Assembly (NCBI GenBank): GCA_905202925.1
Contig: CAJKTW010000002.1
Location: forward strand, 73,294 to 137,293
Source: an uncultured Collinsella sp.
Lineage (GTDB): Bacteria > Actinomycetota > Coriobacteriia > Coriobacteriales > Coriobacteriaceae
Length of the DNA: 64,000 nucleotides
Direction: 5' to 3'
Shown here piece by piece: positions 37,276 to 48,836 of this stretch (positions are counted from its first letter, which is position 1; the number at the start of each line of letters is the position of its first letter). Below the pieces are notes generated by a model. It was not told the origin of the DNA. It worked only from the letters and a program-made list of their open reading frames with translations, and did not search any database. The position numbers and the translations under genes were made by a program.

Positions 37276-37986
37276 CTACGGGCGCGGCGGCACCAAAACA
37301 TCGTAACGAACGGCCTTGCCCGCAAGCTGATAGCTCGGCTTAACGCCGGCAAGCAGCGGCCCCTTCACCGGTCGCTTGATAACGACCTTGCGCGGGTGCA
37401 CCGCAAGCGCAGCTTCGACCAGCGTTTCCTCATCGGCGCACGGCTGCTCCAGATGGTGCAAGAGCTGAAACTTCTTTTTCACCGCCGCGCTCTTGGTGCG
37501 CTCGGGAAACATGGGGTCCAGATACACCACGTCGGGAGCCGCGAGCTCGCCCCGCTCGATCAGCTCGGCCGTATGGCGAAGACCGGCAATGCTGTCCTCG
37601 CCCGCATGTAAGTGCATGCGCGCCACGGCGGCCGCAAGCGCCGGATCATCTGCCGCGCGATCCAGGGCATCCTGGAGGAGCGCCGCGATCACGCAATCCT
37701 GCTCATACAAATCGACCGCAAAACCCGCGGCAGCCAGCAGCAGCGAATCCTCGCCAAAGCCTGCTGTGGCATCAATCGTCCATGGTTGCTCGATGCCTTT
37801 TGTGCGCGCAGCCTTCACCAGTAGCTCTTGCTGCAGACGACCCTGCTTGAGCCGTGGAAGCATGCGGCCAAAATCGGCACGCAACTCCATCGTGCCGTCG
37901 GTGAGCGTAAGGCCCTCGGACGTCCGCACGAGCTCGAGCCCAGCAGCCCGAGCAACAGAAAAGGGATCGACGACGCCCATGGACAC
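37276..37986 (-). CDS. rsmJ: 16S rRNA (guanine1516-N2)-methyltransferase RsmJ-like (DUF548)
   Basis: VVYLDPMFPERTKSAAVKKKFQLL and KVVIKRP motifs colinear with RsmJ. Confidence 0.75.
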   Translation of the reverse strand: MSMGVVDPFSVARAAGLELVRTSEGLTLTDGTMELRADFGRMLPRLKQGRLQQELLVKAARTKGIEQPWTIDATAGFGEDSLLLAAAGFAVDLYEQDCVIAALLQDALDRAADDPALAAAVARMHLHAGEDSIAGLRHTAELIERGELAAPDVVYLDPMFPERTKSAAVKKKFQLLHHLEQPCADEETLVEAALAVHPRKVVIKRPVKGPLLAGVKPSYQLAGKAVRYDVLVPPRP

Positions 37987-38037
37987 TCCTTAGCAAGCAA
38001 AACGAATACGTGAGCGCCACCTCAGTTGGCACCCAAC

Positions 38038-38184
38038 CGTCCGCTATTGTCCCACACGCGACATGGTCCACAGCATCCCAATGCAAAGCACCGCCATCAA
38101 TCCCGTGCACACGGCAGCGATCACGGAATCGCCCATACGCCTTCCTAACGAACGCGGCTCACGCACTTGCTTGGCTCCGTACAT
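38038..38184 (-). CDS. Small hydrophobic peptide (48 aa) immediately upstream of rsmJ
   Basis: GAAGGAGGAGCCGTG-ATG RBS. MYGAKQVREPRSLGRRMGDSVIAAVCTGLMAVLCIGMLWTMSRVGQ*. Below the ORF-track length cutoff. Confidence 0.35.
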
Positions 38185-38414
38185 CACGGCTCCTCCTTCG
38201 GTCCAGCTCTTACCATGGCCCCATCATCGCAGCGCCGCGCATACGCTGCCATCGATTTGACTTACGCCCAGCTTTCCTTTTTGAAAGGTTGGACCGTACA
38301 GGCAAGAGACGCTTTCAAACGCATGCATCGCCCCGTTGAACTACAATGTGCTTCACCATATGTGCAGCACATAGGGTGCGCCAGGTTGGCGTACTCGTAT
38401 CGAAAGGACCAGCC

Positions 38415-38816
38415 ATGAGCTTCACTCGCAAGACACTCAAAATCCTTGCCCTGATTTATTTTGTTCTGGGCATCGCCAGTCTCGTCATTGGAATCGCCGG
38501 CATCGCGACCGGCAAGTTCGAGTCCACCTACGGACCGAACGCCATGCTCGCCACGGTCGTGCTTGTCGCCAAGGGCCTCATCGATCTCGCCGCAGGTGTT
38601 GCGGGCATCAAGGGCGCCAACAAGCCTTCGCAGGTGGATGGCGCGTTTAAGCTCGGCATCGTTGCCGCAATCGCCACGATTGCGCAGGCTGTGCTCACCC
38701 TTCCCGCGCTCGGCGGCAGCGCCGTCAATATTGGAGCCTTTGTCATCGTGGTCTACGACCTGTTCTTTGTTCAGCAGGCACACGCCGTCAAGGCCGAGAA
38801 CAAGGACCGCCTGTAA
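38415..38816 (+). CDS. Small integral membrane protein (4 predicted TM), function unknown
   Basis: MSFTRKTLKILALIYFVLGIASLVIGIAGIATG...; RBS AAAGGA. Confidence 0.55.
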   Translation: MSFTRKTLKILALIYFVLGIASLVIGIAGIATGKFESTYGPNAMLATVVLVAKGLIDLAAGVAGIKGANKPSQVDGAFKLGIVAAIATIAQAVLTLPALGGSAVNIGAFVIVVYDLFFVQQAHAVKAENKDRL

Positions 38817-38906
38817 GCGCTCACTTCTCATAGCCTCTGCAGCCAAGTAACTAAAAGGGCCGATCGCGCATATCCGCGGTCGGCCCTTTACGTTTGCCCA
38901 GATAAC

Positions 38907-38941
38907 ACCTGCCAAAATAAACCTGTCCCTTTTTGGCAGGT
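38907..38941. repeat. 35 bp palindromic repeat element, copy 3
   Basis: Identical to 18202..18236. Confidence 0.8.
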
Positions 38942-38943
38942 CG

Positions 38944-39759
38944 TTAGCTGTGACGGTACTCGGCGATGATGAAGTCGATGTCGGTTTGAAGGGTGTCCAG
39001 GTTTGCCAGGCGCTCTTTATCGGCAGGGCGCGTGCGGTAGTAGTACGGCGTCATTTGGAACACCGCCTCGATGTCAGCCTGGGTCTGGAGCGTAATGTTC
39101 GCAAACACCCGCTGCGTTCCGACCAACTCGAGTTCAGTGGTCTTCGGCAGCTTCTCGTCATTGAGATATGGCGTGTCGTAGAGCGCCTCTTTGAGGCCAA
39201 ACAGATGCCGAGCACCCGGCACCACGGTATAGAGCGAGCCTTCTGGCGCCAGCACGCGGGCAAATTCGCGCTCGTTAAAGGGGGCAAAGAGCTCGGTCAC
39301 CATATCGAAGGCGGCACCGGCCACGGGGATAGCCTTCATGTTGGCCACGAAGTAGGTCGCATCGCCGCGCTTGGCGGCCAGGCGCACCATCTCTTTGCCC
39401 AGGTCGAAACCGTAAGCATCTACGCCCGGCACCGCACCCATGGCGCTGGTGTAGTAGCCCTCGCCACAGCAAATATCGAGCAACGTCATGGGGCAGTTCG
39501 TTGACGCGGCACGACCAGACACCCGCTCGCGCACCAGCTCGACCATCGCATCGCGCAACGGCGCATAGTAACCGCGGTTCAGAAAGTCGCGACGGCTGCG
39601 TGCCTGCGACTTGGGATCGCCCATGGAGTCACCGCTCTTGGACGAGCGCAGCAGATGGAGATAGCCCTCGCGCGCACGGTCAAATCGGTGTCCGCCCGCG
39701 CATGCAGCACCGCGCTCGTCGTCCACCAACGGTTCATGGCAAACGGGACACAACAACAT
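38944..39759 (-). CDS. rlmA: 23S rRNA (guanine745-N1)-methyltransferase RlmA
   Basis: N-terminal Zn motif LLCPVCHEPL...C..GH followed by a class I SAM MTase domain. Confidence 0.8.
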   Translation of the reverse strand: MLLCPVCHEPLVDDERGAACAGGHRFDRAREGYLHLLRSSKSGDSMGDPKSQARSRRDFLNRGYYAPLRDAMVELVRERVSGRAASTNCPMTLLDICCGEGYYTSAMGAVPGVDAYGFDLGKEMVRLAAKRGDATYFVANMKAIPVAGAAFDMVTELFAPFNEREFARVLAPEGSLYTVVPGARHLFGLKEALYDTPYLNDEKLPKTTELELVGTQRVFANITLQTQADIEAVFQMTPYYYRTRPADKERLANLDTLQTDIDFIIAEYRHS

Positions 39760-39950
39760 GGCAACTCCTTAGCGCGAACAACACAACGCCCACCATTGTC
39801 GCACGCCTTCCCCACCTAGTCATAGAAGAGACAAGGAGTGTCCCCAGCTGCCGGCAGAAAAGGAACGTCCCTAAGTGCCGGCTGGCTGCATTAGGAGTAT
39901 CATCGTCTGCGCAAATAAGCACGAAAGAGCATATTAGAGATTGAGAGCGT

Positions 39951-41333
39951 ATGGCAGACACCGCATCTAAGCACATTGACATGACCACCGGCTCGCTATG
40001 GCGCAATATTCCCCTGTTCGCCTTCCCCGTGGCCGCCACGAGCATCTTGGAGCAGCTGTCGAACCTCATCGCCACGGTCATCATCGGCAACTTCTCGGGC
40101 GACCAGGGAACCCTCGCCATGGCGGCGGTCGGCTCCAATGTTCCGCTTACCAGTCTTATGCTCAACCTGTTTATTGGCATGTCGCTTGGCTCCAACGTGG
40201 TCATCGCCAACGCTATCGGCCGCAACGATCAGAACATGGTCAAACGCGCCGTCCATACCTCGATTTTAATGGCGCTCGTGGGCTTTGTCGTCATTGCGCT
40301 GGGCGAGATCTTTACCGAGCCCATGCTCGCCGCGCTCAACGTCCCTGACGAGACCATGCCGCTTGCATCGCTCTACCTGCGCGTCTTTTTGCTCAGCATG
40401 CCCTCGATCTTGCTCTACAACTTTGAGGCAGCAATCTTCCGCTCCGTCGGCATCACCCGCATGCCGCTGCAGGCGCTTGCCGTGTCCACCGTCCTCAACA
40501 TTGGACTGGACCTCATCTTTGTCCCCGTGCTCCACTGGGGTGTGGCGGGCGTCGCCATCGCCACCGCCATCGCCTACACCGTCAGCGCCGCCACACTCTT
40601 TGTCCACCTGCTCAAGACCGACTCCGTCGTCCGCGTCACCCCACGCGACTTAGGCTTAGACCCCGTCGCCCTCAAGCGCATCGTCAAGATCGGACTGCCC
40701 GCCGGCATCCAAAGCGCCGTCTTTGCCGTCGCCAACATCATCATCCAGTCCGCCATCAACAGCTTGGGCACCGAGGTCATGGCGGCATCCAGCGCTGCCA
40801 TGAGCCTGGAGTATGTGTGTTACAACCTGCTCAACAGCTTTAGTCAGGCTTGCACTACCTTTGTGGGACAAAACCACGGCGCGCGCCAGATCGACCGCTG
40901 CACCAAGACGCTCAAGGTCTGCCTGGTCGAAGGCGGCATCGTTGCACTCACCACCATCGTCATCATCGTTGGTCTGGGGCGCGAGATCCTGGCGCTGTTC
41001 AACAGCGACCCCAACATCGTCTCGATCGGCTATATCCGTGTGTGCTCGATCTTCCCGGCATACGCCTTTAGCATGTTCTACGAGAATATGTCCGGCTACC
41101 TGCGCGGCTTTGGCATCTCGCTCATGCCCGCCCTCATCACCATGATCTGTGTCTGCGGTATTCGCTTCTATTGGGTATTCTGCGTGTTCCCGCACTTCCG
41201 CACCTTTGCGAACATCATGATGGCCTACCCCATCAGCCTGGGCACCACGGCGTTCTTTATGGTCGTGGCGGTATTGCTCTGCCATCCGGCACACACCTAC
41301 CGTCTGACGCAAGCCAAAGCGACAGCCCGCTAA
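39951..41333 (+). CDS. MATE-family efflux transporter
   Basis: 12 TM; MATE N/C repeats. Confidence 0.8.
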   Translation: MADTASKHIDMTTGSLWRNIPLFAFPVAATSILEQLSNLIATVIIGNFSGDQGTLAMAAVGSNVPLTSLMLNLFIGMSLGSNVVIANAIGRNDQNMVKRAVHTSILMALVGFVVIALGEIFTEPMLAALNVPDETMPLASLYLRVFLLSMPSILLYNFEAAIFRSVGITRMPLQALAVSTVLNIGLDLIFVPVLHWGVAGVAIATAIAYTVSAATLFVHLLKTDSVVRVTPRDLGLDPVALKRIVKIGLPAGIQSAVFAVANIIIQSAINSLGTEVMAASSAAMSLEYVCYNLLNSFSQACTTFVGQNHGARQIDRCTKTLKVCLVEGGIVALTTIVIIVGLGREILALFNSDPNIVSIGYIRVCSIFPAYAFSMFYENMSGYLRGFGISLMPALITMICVCGIRFYWVFCVFPHFRTFANIMMAYPISLGTTAFFMVVAVLLCHPAHTYRLTQAKATAR

Positions 41334-41360
41334 TCACCACACTCAACGCCACGCCAGTCA

Positions 41361-42227
41361 TTAGTTGACAATATGCGAGCTCATATAGTCGATAAAGTGC
41401 CTCGTGGCGACAGGCATGGTGTCCCAGCTGCGCCAGGCTGCCACGACGTCGCGTGAGGGAGCGTGCACGATGGGGCGCACACAAATATCAGCCTGCATGC
41501 CCTCGACCGTACGCCGGTAGAGCATGCTCACGCCGAGGCCCTCCTCCACCATCGCCATAATGGTGTAGTCATCGGTGACCTCACTCGTCACATGCGGCGA
41601 TAGCCCGTGCGCGGCAAACGCATCGAGCACCAGACTCTGTTCGCCCTCATCCAGCAGCACAAACGGTTCGGACGCCAGGTCGGCAAGCGTCACCTTTTCC
41701 TTTGCCGCCAGTGGATGGACGGCTGGCAACAGCGCCACCAGCTCGTCGTGATAGACCACGCGTTTCTCGAGCCCCTCGGTAAATCCACGCGCTGTAAAGC
41801 AAAAGTCGACCACGCCATCGTGCACCCACTGGGCATTGCGCGTGTAATCGCCCTGCTTGAGGGTAAAGCGCACGCCCGGATGCAGGGCCCCAAAGTCGCG
41901 GATCACACGCGGCAACACAGTACGACTCACGTTGGTAAACGTCGCAATGCGAATGTCGGTCGACGAAAGCCCCAGCAACTCCTGGCGCTTGCCCTCAAGC
42001 TCGGCCTCGGCCGTAACGATCTGGCGCAGATACGGCAGATACTGTTTGCCGTCGCGCGTAAGCGAGACGCCCTGCTTGCCACGCTCGATAATCGTGGTGC
42101 CCAGCTCGCGCTCGAGCGCCTTGACGGCCTGGCTCACCGCGCTTTGCGTATAGCCCAGCTCGTCGGCGGCACGTTTCAGGCTGCCGCAATCGACCACCAT
42201 ACATACAATCTGATACCGCGATGTCAT
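41361..42227 (-). CDS. LysR-family transcriptional regulator
   Basis: HTH LKRAADELGYTQSAVSQAVKALE followed by a LysR substrate domain. Confidence 0.85.
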   Translation of the reverse strand: MTSRYQIVCMVVDCGSLKRAADELGYTQSAVSQAVKALERELGTTIIERGKQGVSLTRDGKQYLPYLRQIVTAEAELEGKRQELLGLSSTDIRIATFTNVSRTVLPRVIRDFGALHPGVRFTLKQGDYTRNAQWVHDGVVDFCFTARGFTEGLEKRVVYHDELVALLPAVHPLAAKEKVTLADLASEPFVLLDEGEQSLVLDAFAAHGLSPHVTSEVTDDYTIMAMVEEGLGVSMLYRRTVEGMQADICVRPIVHAPSRDVVAAWRSWDTMPVATRHFIDYMSSHIVN

Positions 42228-42385
42228 CGTGCCTCCACATCGATGTAGCCGTAAAACGTTTTGCCAGGGCTTTTTCTTTCAACATTAGTATTTCTTAATC
42301 ATACTGAAGATACATTCGCTTTACTACATCCATATCTGGGAGCAGAATCCTTTTTGCGAAACCGTTCTGTAACAAAAGGAGTCCC

Positions 42386-43288
42386 ATGGATCGCAAAAAA
42401 GCAATCGCGCTCTCATTTTCCGTTCCCGTCGCATGGGGCTTTTCGTACCCCCTCATGAAGATCGGCATGGACAGCATGAACGCCACGAGCATCGTCGCGC
42501 TGCGCTGCATCATCGCCTTTGTGGCCTGCCTGTTGCTCTTCCACAAGCACGCGGTGCGCATCAACCGTGACCTGATGGTCCGCGCCGCCATCATCGGCGC
42601 CATCATGGCAATCGAGATCACCTGCATGTGCCTGGGCTCCAGCCTCACCTCCGCCTCCACCGCCGGCTTTTTGCAGAGCCTGACGGTCGTAATCGTGCCG
42701 TTTGCCAACGCGGCCCTGCTGCGTCGCGCCCCCGAGCGCAAGGTGCTCATCGGCACCGCCATCGTCACCTGCGGTATGCTGCTGCTCTCGGGCGCCGACT
42801 TTACCAGCCTGAATCCCGGCGCGATCATCATGCTGCTCTCGGCCTTTATCTATGCCGGCCACATTATCATCGCCAAGCGCTTTGTCGAAGAAGTCGATCC
42901 GCTGGCTCTGGGCGTTTGGCAGCTGGGCTTCGGCGGCTTGTTCTCGGGTATCGCCGCATTTACCTTTGGCGGCTTCACGCTTCCCAGCACGCCGAGCGAG
43001 ATCGTCGTTATCGTTGCGCTCGCACTCATCTGCTCTGCCTACGGCTTTATCACCCAGACGCTCGTGCAGCCCCACGTACCTGCCGAAACCACTGGCTTCG
43101 CCTTCTCGCTCGAGCCGGTCTGCTCCGCCGTCTTCTCGTTTTTCCTGGTCGGCGAGGTCCTGAGCCCCATCGCCTTCCTTGGCGCTGCCCTCATCCTCAC
43201 CGGCGTCATGGTGGCAACTGTCGAGCTTCCGCGCCTTCGCGCACATGGGCATGCTCATATGGCGGCAGCGCCCGAGCACGTCTCGTAG
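42386..43288 (+). CDS. EamA/DMT-family transporter
   Basis: Two EamA halves; divergent from the LysR gene. Confidence 0.8.
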   Translation: MDRKKAIALSFSVPVAWGFSYPLMKIGMDSMNATSIVALRCIIAFVACLLLFHKHAVRINRDLMVRAAIIGAIMAIEITCMCLGSSLTSASTAGFLQSLTVVIVPFANAALLRRAPERKVLIGTAIVTCGMLLLSGADFTSLNPGAIIMLLSAFIYAGHIIIAKRFVEEVDPLALGVWQLGFGGLFSGIAAFTFGGFTLPSTPSEIVVIVALALICSAYGFITQTLVQPHVPAETTGFAFSLEPVCSAVFSFFLVGEVLSPIAFLGAALILTGVMVATVELPRLRAHGHAHMAAAPEHVS

Positions 43289-43376
43289 ACCCCACTCTTC
43301 ATACAGCCGCGGCATAAAGGCAACCGGTGCGCCTTTACAATAGATACCAACAGAGTATCTGCCATAAAGGAGTTCC

Positions 43377-44102
43377 ATGGACACCGCAACGCGCGACCGC
43401 AACATAGCAACTTGGTTGGGCGATGCGCCGCAGCCGGTACGTGACACGACGAACCAGCTGCTCGAGCGCATCGCCCTTTTGCGTGCCGAGCAGACCATCT
43501 ACCCGGCACAAGACGACATCCTCAATGCCCTCGCCTACACGCCGGCAGACCACGTCAAGGTTGTCATCTTGGGTCAAGACCCCTATCACGGGCCCAACCA
43601 GGCCATGGGGCTGTCGTTTTCGGTCCCCGCGACACAAACCAAACTGCCGCCGAGCCTGCGCAACATCTATAAGGAACTCAAAGCCGATCTGGGCTACCCC
43701 ATTCCCGCCACGGGAGACCTAACCCCTTGGGCACAACAGGGCGTCCTGCTCCTTAACACCACGCTCACCGTACGCGAGCATGCCGCGAACTCGCACGCTA
43801 AGCTCGGCTGGAGTACCCTGACCGACTACGTTATCGAACGCTGCTGCCAGCTACCCCAACCGGTAGTCTTTTTGGCATGGGGCCGCTTTGCCCAGCAGAT
43901 GGTTGAGGGCAAGCTCGCCGCGACTGGCACGGGCAAGACAACCGGCAAGTTCTGCCTTGCCTCCACGCACCCCTCGCCGCTTTCGGCCAACCGTGCCACG
44001 GCAGAACTCCCCGCTTTTATGGGGTCGCGCCCCTTCTCGGCAGCCAATCGGCTACTCGAACAGCGCGGCTCGACCCCCGTCAACTGGACTTGCCTCGGCT
44101 AA
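43377..44102 (+). CDS. ung: Uracil-DNA glycosylase (family 1)
   Basis: VVILGQDPYH and HPSPLS motifs. Confidence 0.9.
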   Translation: MDTATRDRNIATWLGDAPQPVRDTTNQLLERIALLRAEQTIYPAQDDILNALAYTPADHVKVVILGQDPYHGPNQAMGLSFSVPATQTKLPPSLRNIYKELKADLGYPIPATGDLTPWAQQGVLLLNTTLTVREHAANSHAKLGWSTLTDYVIERCCQLPQPVVFLAWGRFAQQMVEGKLAATGTGKTTGKFCLASTHPSPLSANRATAELPAFMGSRPFSAANRLLEQRGSTPVNWTCLG

Positions 44103-44152
44103 AAATCAATACATCAAAAACGCGCCCGACGGATTTCCATCGGGCGCGTTTT

Positions 44153-44833
44153 CTACTCGGGCCAGATAAACTGGGTGCGGCCGGCCTCGCCGCCATCGAT
44201 CAGCAGGCTCTGCCCGGTCATAAACCGGTTGGTCACGCCCACAAAGTAGATCCACTCGGCGATCTCTTGGGCGGTGGCCCAGCGCTTAAGCGGCGTGAGC
44301 TCCATAATCTGGTTCCACAGGTGTTCGTCTTCCATCACGCAACGGTTGAGCGGCGTGATAACGCCGCCCGGGTCCACACTGTTGGCAATGGCCTGCGGCG
44401 CCAGACGGTTTGCAAGGTTTTTGGTGTAGGCGATAATGCCGCCCTTGCTGGCAGCATAGGCGGGAAACTCCGATCCCGTATGTCCGCTCGCCGATCCCAC
44501 ATTGACCACGGATGTGATAGCCGGTGTCGGCTTGGCGGCAAGACCCTCCCCCACAAAGGCATAGCACTCGGTCACGTTGATGGTGCCACGCAGGTTGGCA
44601 GCGATGTCGTCGGCCGAATCCTGCGTGCCGGCAACGTTTACGATTACCTGTGGTTCAAGGTCGTCTGGAAACGAGTCCGGTTCGCGGACATCAACAATCA
44701 GATGCCGGTAGCGCTCGTGTTCGATCGCCGCCGGCAGCAGGTCAAAGCCCACGACCTCGTGGCCCTCGTCCAAAAAGCGCTGCACGCACGCGGCTCCGAT
44801 ACCGCCCGAAGCGCCCGTGATCAAAACCCGCAT
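44153..44833 (-). CDS. SDR-family oxidoreductase
   Basis: TGASGGIG Rossmann motif and YxxxK region. Confidence 0.8.
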   Translation of the reverse strand: MRVLITGASGGIGAACVQRFLDEGHEVVGFDLLPAAIEHERYRHLIVDVREPDSFPDDLEPQVIVNVAGTQDSADDIAANLRGTINVTECYAFVGEGLAAKPTPAITSVVNVGSASGHTGSEFPAYAASKGGIIAYTKNLANRLAPQAIANSVDPGGVITPLNRCVMEDEHLWNQIMELTPLKRWATAQEIAEWIYFVGVTNRFMTGQSLLIDGGEAGRTQFIWPE

Positions 44834-44842
44834 ACTTGCTCC

Positions 44843-45565
44843 TTAGGCGGTTGCGTGGCGCTCGAGGTACTCGGAGCCCACATTCTCGCGCTCCCAGCCG
44901 CGCACGACCTTATAGCCCACGGGGCTCAGGAAGACCTCGCACAGCAGCTCGGCGACAGCGCCGGTCAGCGAGCACATAAGGACCTGCACCCAGGTCCAAC
45001 CAAAGAACGTGTGGCTCACCACGATGGCAAAGACCAGGTTGTCGATAAACTGGCCAACACCCGTGGACACATAGGAGCGGAAGGCGAAGCTCGCAAAGTT
45101 ATTCTTTTTGAGCATACGGCCGAGCGACTGGTTGAGCGTGGAGTTAACCACGGCAGAGACGAGCATTGCCAGCGAAGAGCCCAGCACCACGTACCAGGTG
45201 CCGCCGATGGTGGCGTTAAGGGCAGTGTTAACCTCGATCATGCCCGTGTCGTAGTAGGCGCCCCACATGCCGGGCGTGAGCGAGCATGCCCAAAAGCACA
45301 GGCTCACGGCCAGGTTGACCAGCAGCGCGAGGATAGAGATTTTGATGGATGCCTTGGCGCCAAAGCGCTTGCAGATCATGTCCTGGCACAAAAACGAAAC
45401 CCAGCTCACCACAAAGCCGCAATCGAGTGCCAGATACGGCAGGCTGATAAGCTCTTTGTTGGCCAGCAGGTTCATCATGATGACGCTCACGAAAAACAGC
45501 GAAACCGTTGCCGCGGGAATGCTCCGCAACAGGACCTTGTAGTCCTCCATGACCTTCTTGATCAT
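44843..45565 (-). CDS. yhhQ: Queuosine-precursor transporter YhhQ (VUT/DUF165 family)
   Basis: YhhQ-family membrane protein sequence. Confidence 0.75.
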   Translation of the reverse strand: MIKKVMEDYKVLLRSIPAATVSLFFVSVIMMNLLANKELISLPYLALDCGFVVSWVSFLCQDMICKRFGAKASIKISILALLVNLAVSLCFWACSLTPGMWGAYYDTGMIEVNTALNATIGGTWYVVLGSSLAMLVSAVVNSTLNQSLGRMLKKNNFASFAFRSYVSTGVGQFIDNLVFAIVVSHTFFGWTWVQVLMCSLTGAVAELLCEVFLSPVGYKVVRGWERENVGSEYLERHATA

Positions 45566-45625
45566 TATGTACTCCTTTGGTTTTAGGTTTAACGAGCAGG
45601 ATATCGGACCCGAACTGCTCGGACG
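45566..45625 (-). ncRNA. Candidate preQ1-I riboswitch in the yhhQ 5' leader
   Basis: Minus strand reads CGAGCAG-ttcgggtccgatatc-CTGCTCG then TTAAACCTAAAACCAAAGGAG and ATG. This is a 7 bp P1 stem plus an A-rich tail overlapping the RBS, resembling the preQ1-I consensus. Confidence 0.3.
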
Positions 45626-45721
45626 CCCCGGTCTTGAGACGACGGTGGGTATGATAGCCGCTCACACGACATCAGGCAAGCAAACGGCGCGGCAACCCCA
45701 CAGGGCCACCGCGCCGATGTG

Positions 45722-47335
<1,614 letters not shown>

Positions 47336-47478
47336 GCGGATCCTTTCTTGCATTGAGTGCATTACGTCGTTGTAACCGCACTATTGTAGCCGCGAAATCC
47401 CGCTCTAGGGCGCCTATCAGGACAAATTCATCAGTTGGGGCCTGGGTAGCCGGCCCAATCCGAATTTGTCTCTTGCGT

Positions 47479-47526
47479 AACTGTGCATAGTGTATATATA
47501 CTGTGCTTACCGGTTATATACACGTG
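47479..47526. promoter_or_regulatory. Candidate YtrA-type operator (GTGTATATATAC...TTATATACAC inverted repeats) upstream of the GntR–ABC operon
   Basis: Read directly, about 25 to 70 nt upstream of the GntR start. Confidence 0.4.
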
Positions 47527-47550
47527 TAGCCCATCAGCTAAGGAGCCGCT

Positions 47551-47931
47551 GTGGACATCATCCTATCCAATTCGAGCGACAAGCCCATCTACGAGCAAAT
47601 AGCCTCGCAAGTCAAAGCTCAGATCCTTTCGGGCACGCTCGCGGCGGGAGCCAAACTCCCCAGCATCCGCGCGCTCGCGAGCGATCTTGGCGTGAGCGTC
47701 ATCACCACCAAGCGCGCCTACGCCGACCTGGAGCAGCTCGGGTTTATCTGCACCGTGCAGGGCAAGGGCTGTTTTGTCGCCGAGGGCAACCAGGAGCTCT
47801 TGCGCGAAAACCAGCTCTGCCATATCGAAGAACTGCTTGCGGAAGCGGCGAGCCAAGCCGAAGCCCTGGGCGTTACGCGCGACAAGCTGCACGAGATGCT
47901 CGACCTGATAGCCCCCGAAACCATGCAGTAG
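47551..47931 (+). CDS. GntR-family (YtrA subfamily) transcriptional regulator
   Basis: GntR wHTH, short C-terminal region. GTG start after AAGGAG. Confidence 0.8.
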   Translation: MDIILSNSSDKPIYEQIASQVKAQILSGTLAAGAKLPSIRALASDLGVSVITTKRAYADLEQLGFICTVQGKGCFVAEGNQELLRENQLCHIEELLAEAASQAEALGVTRDKLHEMLDLIAPETMQ

Positions 47932-47954
47932 CCATCTGCAAGAAAGGCTATACC

Positions 47955-48836
47955 ATGCAAAACCTTCTAGAACTCAAAGGCATCTCACGCCGTGTGAGCG
48001 ACCGTTTTTCACTGCGAGACGTCACACTTGCCGTGGAGCCCGGCCAGATCGTTGGCTTTGTGGGCGCAAATGGCGCCGGCAAGACGACGACCATTCGCGC
48101 CGCGCTCGGGCTTATAAAGCTCGATGCCGGCGAGGCGCATCTGCTTGGACAGCGCTGCGACGCCAACGCGCCCGACGAGGCACAGCGCCACCTGCGCTCC
48201 CGCGTCGGCCTTGTCCTGGACACATGCCCCTTCCCCTCCACGCTCAAGGTGGGCCAGATCGAGAGGCTCGTAGGCCCGGCGTACCCCACGTGGAGCTGCG
48301 AAACGTTCGCCGGATTCATCGACCGATTTGGCCTCGATCCCAAGACGAAGGTCAAGGACCTCTCCCGCGGCATGGGCATGAAGTTGCAGCTTGCCTGCGC
48401 ACTCAGTCACAATGCCAAGCTGCTCGTTTTGGACGAAGCCACCGCAGGCCTTGATCCCATGGCGCGCGAGGAACTGCTCGACGAGCTGCTTGCCTTTGTC
48501 GCCGACGGCCAGCGCAGCGTGCTGCTCTCGAGCCACATTACGTCCGACCTCGATCACACCGCCGACCGCGTCATCTGCATCGATAACGGCTCGATTGTGT
48601 TTGACCTGCCGCGCGAGGACATTACTGACCGTGCTGGCATCGCTCACTGCACTCAGGCACAGGCCGCCGAGCTTATGGCTTGCGTCGAAGACGCCCGCGC
48701 CGCCCACCACGCCTACAGCGTGGACGTGCTCGTGCCCGACCGTCGCGAAACGCTCGAGGCCTTTCCAGAGATTCCCTGCGATCGGGCAACCATTGATGAC
48801 TATCTTCGCCTCATGCTGAAAGGGGCTTCGAAATGA
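47955..48836 (+). CDS. ABC transporter ATP-binding protein
   Basis: Walker A GANGAGKTT, signature LSRGMGMK, Walker B LLVLDEA. Confidence 0.85.
   Translation: MQNLLELKGISRRVSDRFSLRDVTLAVEPGQIVGFVGANGAGKTTTIRAALGLIKLDAGEAHLLGQRCDANAPDEAQRHLRSRVGLVLDTCPFPSTLKVGQIERLVGPAYPTWSCETFAGFIDRFGLDPKTKVKDLSRGMGMKLQLACALSHNAKLLVLDEATAGLDPMAREELLDELLAFVADGQRSVLLSSHITSDLDHTADRVICIDNGSIVFDLPREDITDRAGIAHCTQAQAAELMACVEDARAAHHAYSVDVLVPDRRETLEAFPEIPCDRATIDDYLRLMLKGASK

Noticed and set aside
38262-38915. 217 aa minus-strand ORF
   Set aside because: Overlaps the better-supported + strand membrane protein gene (38415..38816) and the 35 bp repeat; composition is Gly/Asp/Arg-biased noise; no RBS.
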